Shown here: one piece after another, positions 50,006 to 59,312 of the stretch | Numbering within the stretch: the first letter of the stretch is position 1 | How the letters are laid out: each line of letters opens with the position of its first letter | Source of the DNA: Bdellovibrionales bacterium | GTDB taxonomy: Bacteria; Bdellovibrionota; Bdellovibrionia; Bdellovibrionales; UBA1609 | Reading direction: 5' to 3' | Length of the DNA: 64,000 nt | Assembly (NCBI GenBank): GCA_027317865.1 | Contig: DAHVQG010000006.1 | Location: 1-64,000 of the forward strand | Notes under the pieces: model-generated | What the model was told of the DNA's origin: nothing | The model's input: the letters and a program-made list of their open reading frames with translations, nothing else | The model's database searches: none | Program-made: the position numbers and the translations under genes

Positions 50006-51433
50006 TTAGGCTCCCTCTTGACTCGAGTCTTCGGGCCGGCCAAAAATTTTCAGTCGATAATGTTTAAAATAAAACATGACAATCGTGCCGAGTACAATAA
50101 GCAATGAGCCAATATATTTTGTTGCACGGCCTGGGTCTTTGTTTACGCTCAACACCGATGTCGTCGCCTTACCCTGGCCATTCTGCTGAAAACTTGCTTG
50201 ATAAAACGTGTAACCTTTGTATTTCAGCGGGTGATTCATATAAATTTTTACGTTGCCGACACCCGAAACATGCACGTAACTCTGATAAGATTTGGCGCGA
50301 TTTGTCCCCTGATAATGCCCAACCACAAACTTTAGCAGCTTAAAATTTATCCCCAGGTTCATCAACGAATGTCGATAGGTTATGTAGTAAACCGCATTGT
50401 TGTCGAAATATTGTATCGAATTATCAAGGCCGATCCAATGTTGTTGCCCGCCGATTTTAACGAGAACCGCCGAAGTTGTTATCGTGCTGGGTTCATTTTG
50501 TTTAACGTATACGACTCTTTGTTCGGCGTGGGGAAAATAACGAAGAACCCGTAATTTGAGCCCCATCCATCCCGTTTGAACGACCTGCGCGATATGAATA
50601 CGCCCCGACTTGGTTACGCCGCGGGCGGTTTCACTGTAGATCTGATAAGTTAAGACGGGATCGGAGGGGTTTTCGTGCGGCAAATCGCGCAATACAATTT
50701 TATTGCCACCTTTATAGACGAACTTCGCGTTTGGAGCGGCATAAACAATTTGCGCGGGCCCAAGATCGAATGTTTCGTACGGTACATTGAAGGGGCGATT
50801 CACCCATTGCGCAAAGTTCACCATCTGATTATTGAGCTCGACGCGAATCGCCGGGCCATCGTGTGGATCGTTCGATTCATCAACCCTGTTTTCAGCGTTC
50901 GCCCAATTATAATATTTCTCAACAACGAGTTTCGTGTGTCCAATCTTCCAGTCAATCGGGTATTTCGACGGGGGATGGAGCAAAAAATCAACAGGCTTGG
51001 ACTTAATAAGTACCGGTGAACTGTTAGCGAAAGCGGCAAATACCGCAAGTTCGCGCGAGGTAAGCTGAAGGTAACTATTTGTTTGCCCCTTATTTAGCGT
51101 CATTGTTCCGTCCACTCCCCAAACACGGGTAATGAGCGCACCGACGCACAACATGATGATTCCAATATGTACCAAAATAAATCCGAGGTGGTACCGCTTC
51201 CACGGATATCGATCGACAATCACGTTAAACAAACAAATACAAAGCAGCCCCAAGGTGAAATACATATAAGGAGAATGATAGACCATCTCTTGCGCATAAC
51301 GCGTGTTGTAGCGCGCTTGAAGGATGGTCCCCCACGCCGCTAAAACGGCTAATGCAATAATGATCGCAATAGCGAGTTGAAAAGAAGAAAAAATTTTGAC
51401 CGTTCGCTCAAGTAAATTTCGTTTTTGTTTCAT
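50006..51433 (-). CDS. Cytochrome c biogenesis protein ResB/CcsB-like
   Basis: GT..Q, GFILVHIG, MNHPL..KGYTFYQASF, DPG. Confidence 0.85.
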   Translation of the reverse strand: MKQKRNLLERTVKIFSSFQLAIAIIIALAVLAAWGTILQARYNTRYAQEMVYHSPYMYFTLGLLCICLFNVIVDRYPWKRYHLGFILVHIGIIMLCVGALITRVWGVDGTMTLNKGQTNSYLQLTSRELAVFAAFANSSPVLIKSKPVDFLLHPPSKYPIDWKIGHTKLVVEKYYNWANAENRVDESNDPHDGPAIRVELNNQMVNFAQWVNRPFNVPYETFDLGPAQIVYAAPNAKFVYKGGNKIVLRDLPHENPSDPVLTYQIYSETARGVTKSGRIHIAQVVQTGWMGLKLRVLRYFPHAEQRVVYVKQNEPSTITTSAVLVKIGGQQHWIGLDNSIQYFDNNAVYYITYRHSLMNLGINFKLLKFVVGHYQGTNRAKSYQSYVHVSGVGNVKIYMNHPLKYKGYTFYQASFQQNGQGKATTSVLSVNKDPGRATKYIGSLLIVLGTIVMFYFKHYRLKIFGRPEDSSQEGA

Positions 51434-51453
51434 TGCTCAGTCTCTGTTCGTTT

Positions 51454-52278
51454 TCAATTTTTGCTCGATGTTTTTTCGCTAATTTTTTCAATAATTGTCG
51501 CAAGCGCGCGAAAAACGCGCTTTTCAACGTCTATAAACAATTCGGGTTTCTTTTGTTTTGTCACTTCATTCATATAGACGGAACGATTCATTTCAACTTG
51601 CACAGTATGCTGACCCTTTTGTGGTTGCCCGTAAGTTTCGGTAATACGTCCGCCTTTATACGGCCAGTTGTATCCGACCTCAAACCCGGCTGACTTATAC
51701 GCCTCAATCACTACATCTTTAAACCAAGACTCACAGCTGACGCCGTCTTGATCGCTGACCACAATCTGCGGACGCGTTGCGCCCGGATCGCGATGGGCAG
51801 CGGTACCTTTTGACGGCATGCTGTGCGCGTCGATGTGATAAACGTTGCGAAAACCGGCTTTCTTCAACTCCGCAAATTGCTCTACTATTCTTTTATGAAA
51901 CGGCAAGTAGTATTGGTCGACAAGTTTGTCATGTAGTGCTTGCGGCATCGGTTCTTTTATGAGGCGCGCTCCGGTGGTCGTTTGAACCCAGTGAAAACCG
52001 GTTGTAAACTTGCCGCGCGGGTTTTTACTGCCCAGTACGGAATCTTCGTCGATATCGCCAGGCAGCCGGTTCGGATCCACAACATACCGGTGCACATCCG
52101 TAATAACGATAGGCAAACCTAATTTTTCCGCCGCGGGAGCATACAGTTGATCGACATAACGATCGACATCGCACATGAGCAGAGTTTCGGGCAGACCCTT
52201 AAGCCACACCACCTCATCGGGGACACGCTCCCCGGCATGTGGCACAGATAAAAAAAATGGAACCTTTGATATGTTCAT
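51454..52278 (-). CDS. N-formylglutamate amidohydrolase
   Basis: SVPHAG, D.NR, YYLPFH, DAHSMPS, N.PYKGG.IT, QVEMNR. Confidence 0.9.
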   Translation of the reverse strand: MNISKVPFFLSVPHAGERVPDEVVWLKGLPETLLMCDVDRYVDQLYAPAAEKLGLPIVITDVHRYVVDPNRLPGDIDEDSVLGSKNPRGKFTTGFHWVQTTTGARLIKEPMPQALHDKLVDQYYLPFHKRIVEQFAELKKAGFRNVYHIDAHSMPSKGTAAHRDPGATRPQIVVSDQDGVSCESWFKDVVIEAYKSAGFEVGYNWPYKGGRITETYGQPQKGQHTVQVEMNRSVYMNEVTKQKKPELFIDVEKRVFRALATIIEKISEKTSSKN

Positions 52279-52373
52279 GCTCCGCGCGTCAGCAATAGTT
52301 CAGCTAACGCCTCCTCACGCTTTGAAGTTGGCTGCAATATATGTTCTACTGAGGTCAATGAGAACTAAAATTT

Positions 52374-52946
52374 ATGGTTCCTAAAATATACACAAAAACT
52401 GGCGACCGCGGTGAAACCGGAATTCTTGGCCGAGAGCGGCTTTCAAAAGGTGACCTGCGCCTTGATGCCTACGGTACTGTCGATGAATTAAACGCCGTGC
52501 TCGGAATGGTCATCGCAATTTTGCCGGCACAAATGGCCAAATTGTGTGACATTTTAGCCCAGGCCCAAAATCACCTTTTCGTCATCGGCAGCCACTTAGC
52601 ATGTGCCGATGACAAGCTGCGCGTCAGTCTACCAATTCTTGACCCTTCGCCTACGGAACAACTCGAACATCAAATCGACGAGATGACCCGCCAGCTCGCC
52701 GAATTGCGTGAATTTATTTTGCCCGGCGGTTCAACAATGGCCGCAACGTTACATTTTTGTCGAACTGTTTGCCGGCGGGCTGAACGCGAAGTGGTTCGAT
52801 TTTTCGATCAGATGGAAGACTCGATCGCTGCGGCCGAACGCGATATTATAATTTCGTACTTGAATCGCCTTGGCGATTATCTTTTTGTAGCGGCACGTTT
52901 TGCAAATTACACCTTCAATGTCAAAGAGAACACCTGGCAAAAATAA
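52374..52946 (+). CDS. Cob(I)alamin adenosyltransferase (PduO type)
   Basis: KIYTKTGDRG, AYGTVDELN, FILPGG, RTVCRRAER, YLNRL.DYLF. Confidence 0.95.
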   Translation: MVPKIYTKTGDRGETGILGRERLSKGDLRLDAYGTVDELNAVLGMVIAILPAQMAKLCDILAQAQNHLFVIGSHLACADDKLRVSLPILDPSPTEQLEHQIDEMTRQLAELREFILPGGSTMAATLHFCRTVCRRAEREVVRFFDQMEDSIAAAERDIIISYLNRLGDYLFVAARFANYTFNVKENTWQK

Positions 52947-54059
52947 ATGAAACTTGAGCTTGCGACTGAGCGTGATAATGAACGGCTGATTCAGTATTTT
53001 GAACAAGCCACCATTCCTGGGCCGATCCGCTTGCGCATTCGGCGCATGACGAATTTTTTCAACCAATACCGGTTGCAGTCCGACGATATCGAGACCTACA
53101 TGCTCGTAAACGACAAAAATGATATCGAGGGTCTCGCGACACTCGTTTTTCGTGATGCCATTCTCGACGGTAACCGGCAAACCATTGCCTACGCGACAGA
53201 TCTGCGTGTTTCACCGACTCGCCGTGCCGTTCTCAGTTGGTCGCGCCATTTTTTGCCCGTAATCGAACGCGCCCGTGAATCGCGAAACTGCCACTATTTC
53301 TTTTCAGTGGTCGCAAGCTCGCAGCGACAAGCTTATAACGCCTTCATTCGCCCGCGCAATTTTCGCCGCCAATTGCCGCGCTACCATTTGTTCCGTCGCT
53401 TGCAACTCGTGAGCCTGCATGGGCTTTGGCCATTTCACCCCGCCCCCTTACCGGGCATTCGCATTCGTTCGGCAAGTCCTGGTGATCTTGGTGTTTTGAC
53501 CGACTATCTGGTTAAAAAATCAACGACGAAACCGCTACGTTATATGGCCACGGCCGATGATTTCGTAAAGAACCTGACGCGGTGGCAAGACCTCGACATC
53601 GCGAATTTTCTATTGGCATTTGATAAATCAAATAAGTTGATTGGGTGTGTCGCTCCGTGGAAGGCCGAGCGAATTCAACGCATCTACACCGCTGACTATG
53701 AGGCGAAGGCAAAAAACCTCCAAGATCTTTCGCGTGTCATGTCATGGCTGAGGATTGGCCATGCGCTGCCTTATGAGGGGCATGAACTGGAGACACGGTA
53801 TTTGACCCATTTGCACGCCGATAATCCCGACATTTTTTATTCACTGTTGTACAACGCCTATCACAATGCCGGGAAAAAGGAAGTTTTGGTCTACGCTCAT
53901 TTTGACGGCGATCTCATCACCATGCCGCCGCACTCGTTTTTGTCCGCATCACTCAATTTTGGACTTTACTGTATCTTGTCACCGCAAGATCCTATCCCCG
54001 ATTTTTTGCGCCCCAAAATTGTCAGTGTCCCGCCCGAGTTTGAACCGGCGTTTATTTAG
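52947..54059 (+). CDS. Hypothetical protein, possible tandem GNAT-like fold
   Basis: Two similar halves starting with ATERD / SASPGD; YATDLRV motif; abuts the upstream gene. Confidence 0.55.
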   Translation: MKLELATERDNERLIQYFEQATIPGPIRLRIRRMTNFFNQYRLQSDDIETYMLVNDKNDIEGLATLVFRDAILDGNRQTIAYATDLRVSPTRRAVLSWSRHFLPVIERARESRNCHYFFSVVASSQRQAYNAFIRPRNFRRQLPRYHLFRRLQLVSLHGLWPFHPAPLPGIRIRSASPGDLGVLTDYLVKKSTTKPLRYMATADDFVKNLTRWQDLDIANFLLAFDKSNKLIGCVAPWKAERIQRIYTADYEAKAKNLQDLSRVMSWLRIGHALPYEGHELETRYLTHLHADNPDIFYSLLYNAYHNAGKKEVLVYAHFDGDLITMPPHSFLSASLNFGLYCILSPQDPIPDFLRPKIVSVPPEFEPAFI

Positions 54060-54109
54060 TACGTGCGTAAGTCGAAATATTGAGGCACCATAATTTCACG
54101 GGGTTCGAA

Positions 54110-54676
54110 ATGGACGTGCAACCTGCAATCAATTGGTACATAAATGGCCGCAACTCATCCGCCTCGCTTTATTTATCAATCACCCGTGACATGTTCCGCG
54201 AACGATTACGCAGATTGCGTACCGACCTCGAAAAGCAGAAATTTGACCTATCTTCTATTGCATTGGCTGTCGCTGTATGCGGCGAAATTGGCAACAACGC
54301 TTTCGATCACAATCTCGGCAAGTGGCAGGACCAACCGGGTTGTTGGTTTCAGCACGCGCAGGCCGACGCGACCCTTGAAGTTGTATTAGCCGATCGGGGT
54401 CAAGGAATTTTAAATTCATTGCACACCACTTTCCCAAACCTCTCAACGGAAGATCAGGCGCTATCTTTCGCATTTGAAAAGCGAGCATCGGGTCGCGCTC
54501 CCGAACGTCGCGGCAATGGATTAAAGTTTGTCAAAGCGCAGATTGAGGCAAGAACCGGCAGCTCTTTAATTGCCTTTTCGTCCGGGGCATCTTACAAAAT
54601 TGGCAAGAATTTAAGTTTTAATTTTTCACCGCCGTTGGGGATGGGCGTTTTTGTCTTTATAAGTTGGAAGCTATGA
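54110..54676 (+). CDS. Histidine-kinase-like ATPase (HATPase_c, anti-sigma-like)
   Basis: EIGNNAFDH (N box), DRGQG (G1), RGNGL (G2). Confidence 0.75.
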   Translation: MDVQPAINWYINGRNSSASLYLSITRDMFRERLRRLRTDLEKQKFDLSSIALAVAVCGEIGNNAFDHNLGKWQDQPGCWFQHAQADATLEVVLADRGQGILNSLHTTFPNLSTEDQALSFAFEKRASGRAPERRGNGLKFVKAQIEARTGSSLIAFSSGASYKIGKNLSFNFSPPLGMGVFVFISWKL

Positions 54677-54942
54677 AAACAACAATTCAAATTGGCAAAT
54701 TCGGCGAAGATCTCTTATCTCGACCAGAAGGGCGCGAAGCATTTCTCGTTATGCGTTCGTATCACATTCCAAAAAATTTTAATGGAACAGTTGAACTGAA
54801 TTTCGACGGAGTGAAGGTGATGACCCCTTCGTGGCTTGACGAAGTTGTCACAGGCCTCAAAAATGACATGCATGTCGAAGTGAAGTTTTTGCCGTCAAAT
54901 AATCCAACCGTCACGGAATCAATCAAAGCGATTAGCGAGTGA
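54673..54942 (+). CDS. STAS-like DUF4325 protein
   Basis: L.SR..GR, LNFDGVKVMTPSWLDE; ATGA overlap with the ATPase gene. Confidence 0.75.
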   Translation: MKTTIQIGKFGEDLLSRPEGREAFLVMRSYHIPKNFNGTVELNFDGVKVMTPSWLDEVVTGLKNDMHVEVKFLPSNNPTVTESIKAISE

Positions 54943-54968
54943 CCAACGCTACGGGCCGCCGGCGGGCC

Positions 54969-55002
54969 AAAAAAATACGGCATGCGTTTTGTCCGCATGC
55001 CG
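54969..55002 (-). terminator. Rho-independent terminator
   Basis: CGGCATGCG-loop-CGCATGCCG followed by TATTTTTTT on the minus strand, after the 55070-56341 gene. Confidence 0.6.
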
Positions 55003-55069
55003 CTCTCAACTTTCAAATTATTGCGGTACCATCGCTGTATAGGCTAACTCCCTCGCACGGCTAGTGGCC

Positions 55070-56341
55070 CTAAAACTCTCGGCAAGTCGCCGTGTAGGCA
55101 TCTTCGGGGAAGCCGTACAACGCTCCTTTGCCTCGCAGGTTTCGCGGCTCACCGCCGAGAGCTTCGTTATAACCTTGGTAGATATCGGGGCGAAAAAATT
55201 CAATGACACCTGTTTTATCACTCGCGGACGCCTCTTGGAATTCAACATCCAAATAAATACCATAGTATTTTGAACGGATCGGTATAGGTAAATGAAACGG
55301 AAATTCCGATCCATATCCACCATTATTTAGACTTAGCTTAGAAATTTTACTAGACTCACCAACATCGAATAGAAAATCGCTTAACTTTCCGCCAAAATTG
55401 CCTTTGCCACTATCGATTCCTTTTTGATTGACCACATACAGATTTTTCGGCATCGGGTAGGGCAAATCGTGCCAGTCAACGAGATATTCTTGTGGTTTCC
55501 AAAAGTATTCACCACCTTCGTCGATTGGTAACCCAGCGCGCACATGCGAAACAGGAACCATAATCGTCTCATTCCCGTCAGTGTGAAGGAGAAACTTGAA
55601 GCGATCCATTGGTTCATTTGGATATTTAGGGTCCGGGTGTTGCACGCAAATAAAGCTCTTTGTGAGCCGATGCGTAATCACCGGCGCGAGTGACTTCGTG
55701 CTAAACAGTAAGCCAACGATGAGCTGTGTTTCAACTGAATTTGTTTCGCCACTCCCCAGGCGCAGTATGCGGTAAATGGCCTCGTGCAATCGAAATCCCG
55801 CCTTATTGGTGTTATCCATATCGTTGTACCATTTCTTGGCGATATTCAGGACATCATTCGCATCATCGTACTCGCCGATCCCCACTCTCATGCAATCATT
55901 GCAGTCATAGGGTTGATCCGTATCGACTTCGGGTCGAATGGGGAGATTACGCATTATATTGTGCTGAGGATTCGCAAAAATATGCTGGTAGGACTGCCAA
56001 ATAGCCGCCGCGAAATCTGGGTTCACTGCGCGCATTTTGTTGATCGCATTTTTTACCTGAGCCAAAACCGGAAGTTTCGAGCGCGGTATGGTTAGTTTCT
56101 GCTTGAATGGTTCGAGCCCTTCTCGTGCTTCCCAGAACTCAAGCAGTGTTACATATGCTCCAGGATCGTCGTATCCGCCGTGTTGAGGGAAATGAAGCTC
56201 ACCCGTTCCGCCGCCGCCATCGCGACCAGCGAAGGCAACGCTGCTCATGCCAAAGATGCTGACGCCGAAAATTGTTAGGACTGTTAAAAGGCTCAACAGT
56301 ACGCGAGCCAACGGATGGATTTGTTTACTATTGGTTCCCAT
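55070..56341 (-). CDS. Secreted Gly-motif/'HE' protein (copy 3)
   Basis: AAAGGAG RBS; signal AFA|GRDGGGGTG; WYNDMDNTNKAGFRLHEAIYR. Confidence 0.8.
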   Translation of the reverse strand: MGTNSKQIHPLARVLLSLLTVLTIFGVSIFGMSSVAFAGRDGGGGTGELHFPQHGGYDDPGAYVTLLEFWEAREGLEPFKQKLTIPRSKLPVLAQVKNAINKMRAVNPDFAAAIWQSYQHIFANPQHNIMRNLPIRPEVDTDQPYDCNDCMRVGIGEYDDANDVLNIAKKWYNDMDNTNKAGFRLHEAIYRILRLGSGETNSVETQLIVGLLFSTKSLAPVITHRLTKSFICVQHPDPKYPNEPMDRFKFLLHTDGNETIMVPVSHVRAGLPIDEGGEYFWKPQEYLVDWHDLPYPMPKNLYVVNQKGIDSGKGNFGGKLSDFLFDVGESSKISKLSLNNGGYGSEFPFHLPIPIRSKYYGIYLDVEFQEASASDKTGVIEFFRPDIYQGYNEALGGEPRNLRGKGALYGFPEDAYTATCREF

Positions 56342-56364
56342 ATTTTTTCTCCTTTGTTATGGTT

Positions 56365-56380
56365 AGCAATTTCGAAGCCA
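56365..56380 (-). promoter_or_regulatory. sigma54-type promoter
   Basis: TGGCTTCGAAATTGCT, near-consensus, 23 nt before ATG 56341. Confidence 0.65.
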
Positions 56381-56475
56381 GTTTATGCATTGCGTTATTA
56401 TCCAGATAGATTTATTAAGTTAATAATCAATAAAAATATTAGGTTATTAGCTAATAAATTTGTTATCATATTAAA

Positions 56476-57291
56476 ATGACAGGAAATATTACTGTTTTTG
56501 AATTTACAAATTATAAGGGCTTTGTGTTGAAAAGGATTGCGCTAATGCCCAAACACGGGCATGGGCAGTTCCGTAAGATCGCCAATTTTCTCGGCATCAA
56601 CTCAGTCAACGTCACACAAATTTTTAGAGGCAGTCGCGAACTGACCGTGGAGCATGCGGTTCTGCTTTGCGAGTATTTCGGACTATCAGAAATTGAGGGT
56701 CATTATTTTGTTGGGCTTGTGGAGCTTGCCCGCGCCGGGCATTTCAAACTCAAACAAATGATTCAAAAGCGGCTCGATGAAATTCTTGAAAAATCGCAAA
56801 ATTTAAAGACTCGTCTTTCATCGCACGAAACATTGAGCGATGCAAACAAAGCGCTCTTTTATTCAAGTTGGTACAACTCTGCCATTCGCTTAGGGACTTC
56901 GATAAAAGACTTGCAGAACGCCGATGCGATCGCGAAACGATTCAATTTGCCTCTTTTAACCGTCAATCGCGTTATTGAATTTTTGCTACAAACAGGGCTT
57001 TGTAAATTAGAGCAAGGTCGACTTCGCATGGGGCCAAGCTCGACACATCTTGAAGCCAGCTCGCCGCTCATTGCTCGTCATCACACCAATTGGCGCATGA
57101 AAGCGATCGAAAAATTCGACACCCTTACATCGGATGAACTCTGTCTTTCAATGCCGTGTTCACTTTCGCAAACATCAGCGCAAGAAATTCGTCGGGAGCT
57201 TGTAACATTCATTGAGCACGTAACTGAAATCATAGATCGCGGCCCTGAGGAACAACTCCGCTGTCTCAATATCGACTGGTTTAAAATTTAA
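56476..57291 (+). CDS. TIGR02147/DUF4423-like HTH protein (copy 3)
   Basis: VFEFTNYKGF, TQIFRG.RELTVEHA, YFVGLV...RAG, FYSSWY..A, HHTNWR, NIDWF. Confidence 0.9.
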   Translation: MTGNITVFEFTNYKGFVLKRIALMPKHGHGQFRKIANFLGINSVNVTQIFRGSRELTVEHAVLLCEYFGLSEIEGHYFVGLVELARAGHFKLKQMIQKRLDEILEKSQNLKTRLSSHETLSDANKALFYSSWYNSAIRLGTSIKDLQNADAIAKRFNLPLLTVNRVIEFLLQTGLCKLEQGRLRMGPSSTHLEASSPLIARHHTNWRMKAIEKFDTLTSDELCLSMPCSLSQTSAQEIRRELVTFIEHVTEIIDRGPEEQLRCLNIDWFKI

Positions 57292-57339
57292 TCAACGTGG
57301 CGCCTTTAGCATCTCAGCCAAAAACGCCGCGAGTGAAGA

Positions 57340-58062
57340 TTAGGCATTCGCCGTAGAAAATGCGCTGTGACGCATGTCACGCCAAAACCAACCCAGCATC
57401 GGATCGACATCGATCGATTCGACGATCTGCAACTCACGTGGTTCAAGCGCTTCAACAATGGACCGTTCTAATTGGCCCGGCCCGACATGGATCAGCTTTC
57501 TCACATCCTTCTCGTCAATGGCGTGCTCAATTGCAGCGAGCAGTTTCATCTCGGGGTCACATACCGGAATAAAATGTTCGTTGTCTTCAGTATCGACAAT
57601 TTCACGTTGAAAAGTCTGATAGCGTGGCAGTGCTTGACCATTCAATAGCGCAAGATTGGACATTTCGTCATCGTTCGGCAATTCAACGCCGGAATTGGCC
57701 ATAATGAATTGCGCGAGCGACTGGCGGCCGCACACGACGGTCAGAGCCGAATCATTTTGAATGTTCCCGATATAACATTCAGGGCTTCGAAAATGCCGCC
57801 GATAACGGTCGGCCAAAGCAATCTGAACAATAGATAAACATAGTTTCTTTAAAACGATATTGTTAAAAAATGTGGAATCATCCGAAGCCAAAAAAGTATG
57901 AAAGCTAAACGAATGGGCAAAACTGTCATGATTATAATGACGATCCCAAATTTGTTGAGCCTCTTGCAATTTCAAACTGACTTCTGGGATTCTCAAGACG
58001 CCTAGACGGACGTCGATAAAATCGAGCGAGTTGGCGCCCCCGAACACCAATGCTTCTTTCAT
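57340..58062 (-). CDS. Hypothetical protein, faint resemblance to an ACP acyltransferase (FabD) fold
   Basis: ALVFGG at N-terminus and IHVGPG near C-terminus; no GHSxG; GGGGG RBS. Confidence 0.5.
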   Translation of the reverse strand: MKEALVFGGANSLDFIDVRLGVLRIPEVSLKLQEAQQIWDRHYNHDSFAHSFSFHTFLASDDSTFFNNIVLKKLCLSIVQIALADRYRRHFRSPECYIGNIQNDSALTVVCGRQSLAQFIMANSGVELPNDDEMSNLALLNGQALPRYQTFQREIVDTEDNEHFIPVCDPEMKLLAAIEHAIDEKDVRKLIHVGPGQLERSIVEALEPRELQIVESIDVDPMLGWFWRDMRHSAFSTANA

Positions 58063-58115
58063 TGCCCCCCCTTTATTTTCTGCGTTTCCCCAAACGCGAG
58101 TTAAAACTGTTTAAC

Positions 58116-58131
58116 AGCAATTCTTGTGCCG
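58116..58131 (-). promoter_or_regulatory. sigma54-type promoter
   Basis: CGGCACAAGAATTGCT, near-perfect consensus. Confidence 0.7.
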
Positions 58132-58356
58132 TTCAATAAATCCTCTCCAAATCGCGCACTTTTCCGTACACCGAAAAAATTTAAGATCCTAACAGTTTAG
58201 AGTGTGAAAATTTTTTTCGTTCGCATGAAATTAACGATTGTTGTCAAAAGCGGGTGAGTTCGAACCGAGCACGTCAAAAGTCGAGTCATGATTTAGGTTT
58301 TGCTCGACCTAAAAAGCGTCTGTTAGACTTTTAGCAGAGCAATTGGAGGTGCGCCT

Positions 58357-59247
58357 GTGCGAGGCGACGTTGCGCGTCCACTCCTTGAAAAGTATTACGT
58401 TTCTGCACTTTGTGCCTTAATCGGCTTAGCGATAGCCGATCTGGCCATTTTGTATTTTCGGCCACTAATGTTGCCGAACCAACCGTTGCCTGTGATGCCG
58501 GCACATTACAGCCCGGCGATTATTAAAAATCTTGCCGACTATGAAGCGATTACAGACCATAATATTTTCAATCAAGATGGCGTTATCCCTCCAGCCTTGG
58601 CCTCGGGCAAAGAAAATACTTTTGAAGTACCGGCCGTACTGTCGCACCTTCCGCTTAAATTGTTAGGTACGATCGTGAACTTTGACCCCAAAAAATCCAT
58701 TTGCACCGTGAACATCACTAGCCAACAAAAAACCAATTCATTTCGCGTCGGCGACACGATTGGCGACATGGCGCGAATCACCAAAATCGAGCGCCGCAAA
58801 GTGACCTTTCTTAATCTAAATAATAATCGTATGGAATATATTGAAATCCCGCAAAACGCGGTTCTTGAGTTCGGAATGCAGACCGCGGTTAAGCCCGGTC
58901 AACTAGTCGAACAAACCAGCAAAAATAATTTTGTTATGCGGCGAACGGACGTAACCCGGCTTACAAAAAATTTGGCGTCACTTTTACAACAAGCGCGGGT
59001 TGAACCCGTATTTTCGCCCGACGGGGTGAGCGTTGAAGGCTTTCGATTTGTTGGCATACAGCCCGGAAGTATTTATTCGAAACTCGGTCTTCACGTGGGT
59101 GACATGATCAAGACCGTCAACGGTCATTCGGTCGATAGTCCAACCAAAGCTATGGAACTTTATAATTTGTTGAAGAATTCGTCGTCGGTACAACTAGGGA
59201 TTGTGCGCAACGGACGCGATGTGAATTTAAACTACACGATTCAGTAA
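58357..59247 (+). CDS. gspC: Type II secretion protein GspC (HR plus PDZ)
   Basis: TM helix; LPLKLLGT HR domain; PDZ GLHVGDMIKTVNG; upstream of secretin. Confidence 0.9.
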   Translation: MRGDVARPLLEKYYVSALCALIGLAIADLAILYFRPLMLPNQPLPVMPAHYSPAIIKNLADYEAITDHNIFNQDGVIPPALASGKENTFEVPAVLSHLPLKLLGTIVNFDPKKSICTVNITSQQKTNSFRVGDTIGDMARITKIERRKVTFLNLNNNRMEYIEIPQNAVLEFGMQTAVKPGQLVEQTSKNNFVMRRTDVTRLTKNLASLLQQARVEPVFSPDGVSVEGFRFVGIQPGSIYSKLGLHVGDMIKTVNGHSVDSPTKAMELYNLLKNSSSVQLGIVRNGRDVNLNYTIQ

Positions 59248-59312
59248 GAATCGTGGAGCGGGCCAATAAAGGCAATTGCGAGGCCACTGACAGCAAAGGA
59301 GTGCTGAATATT

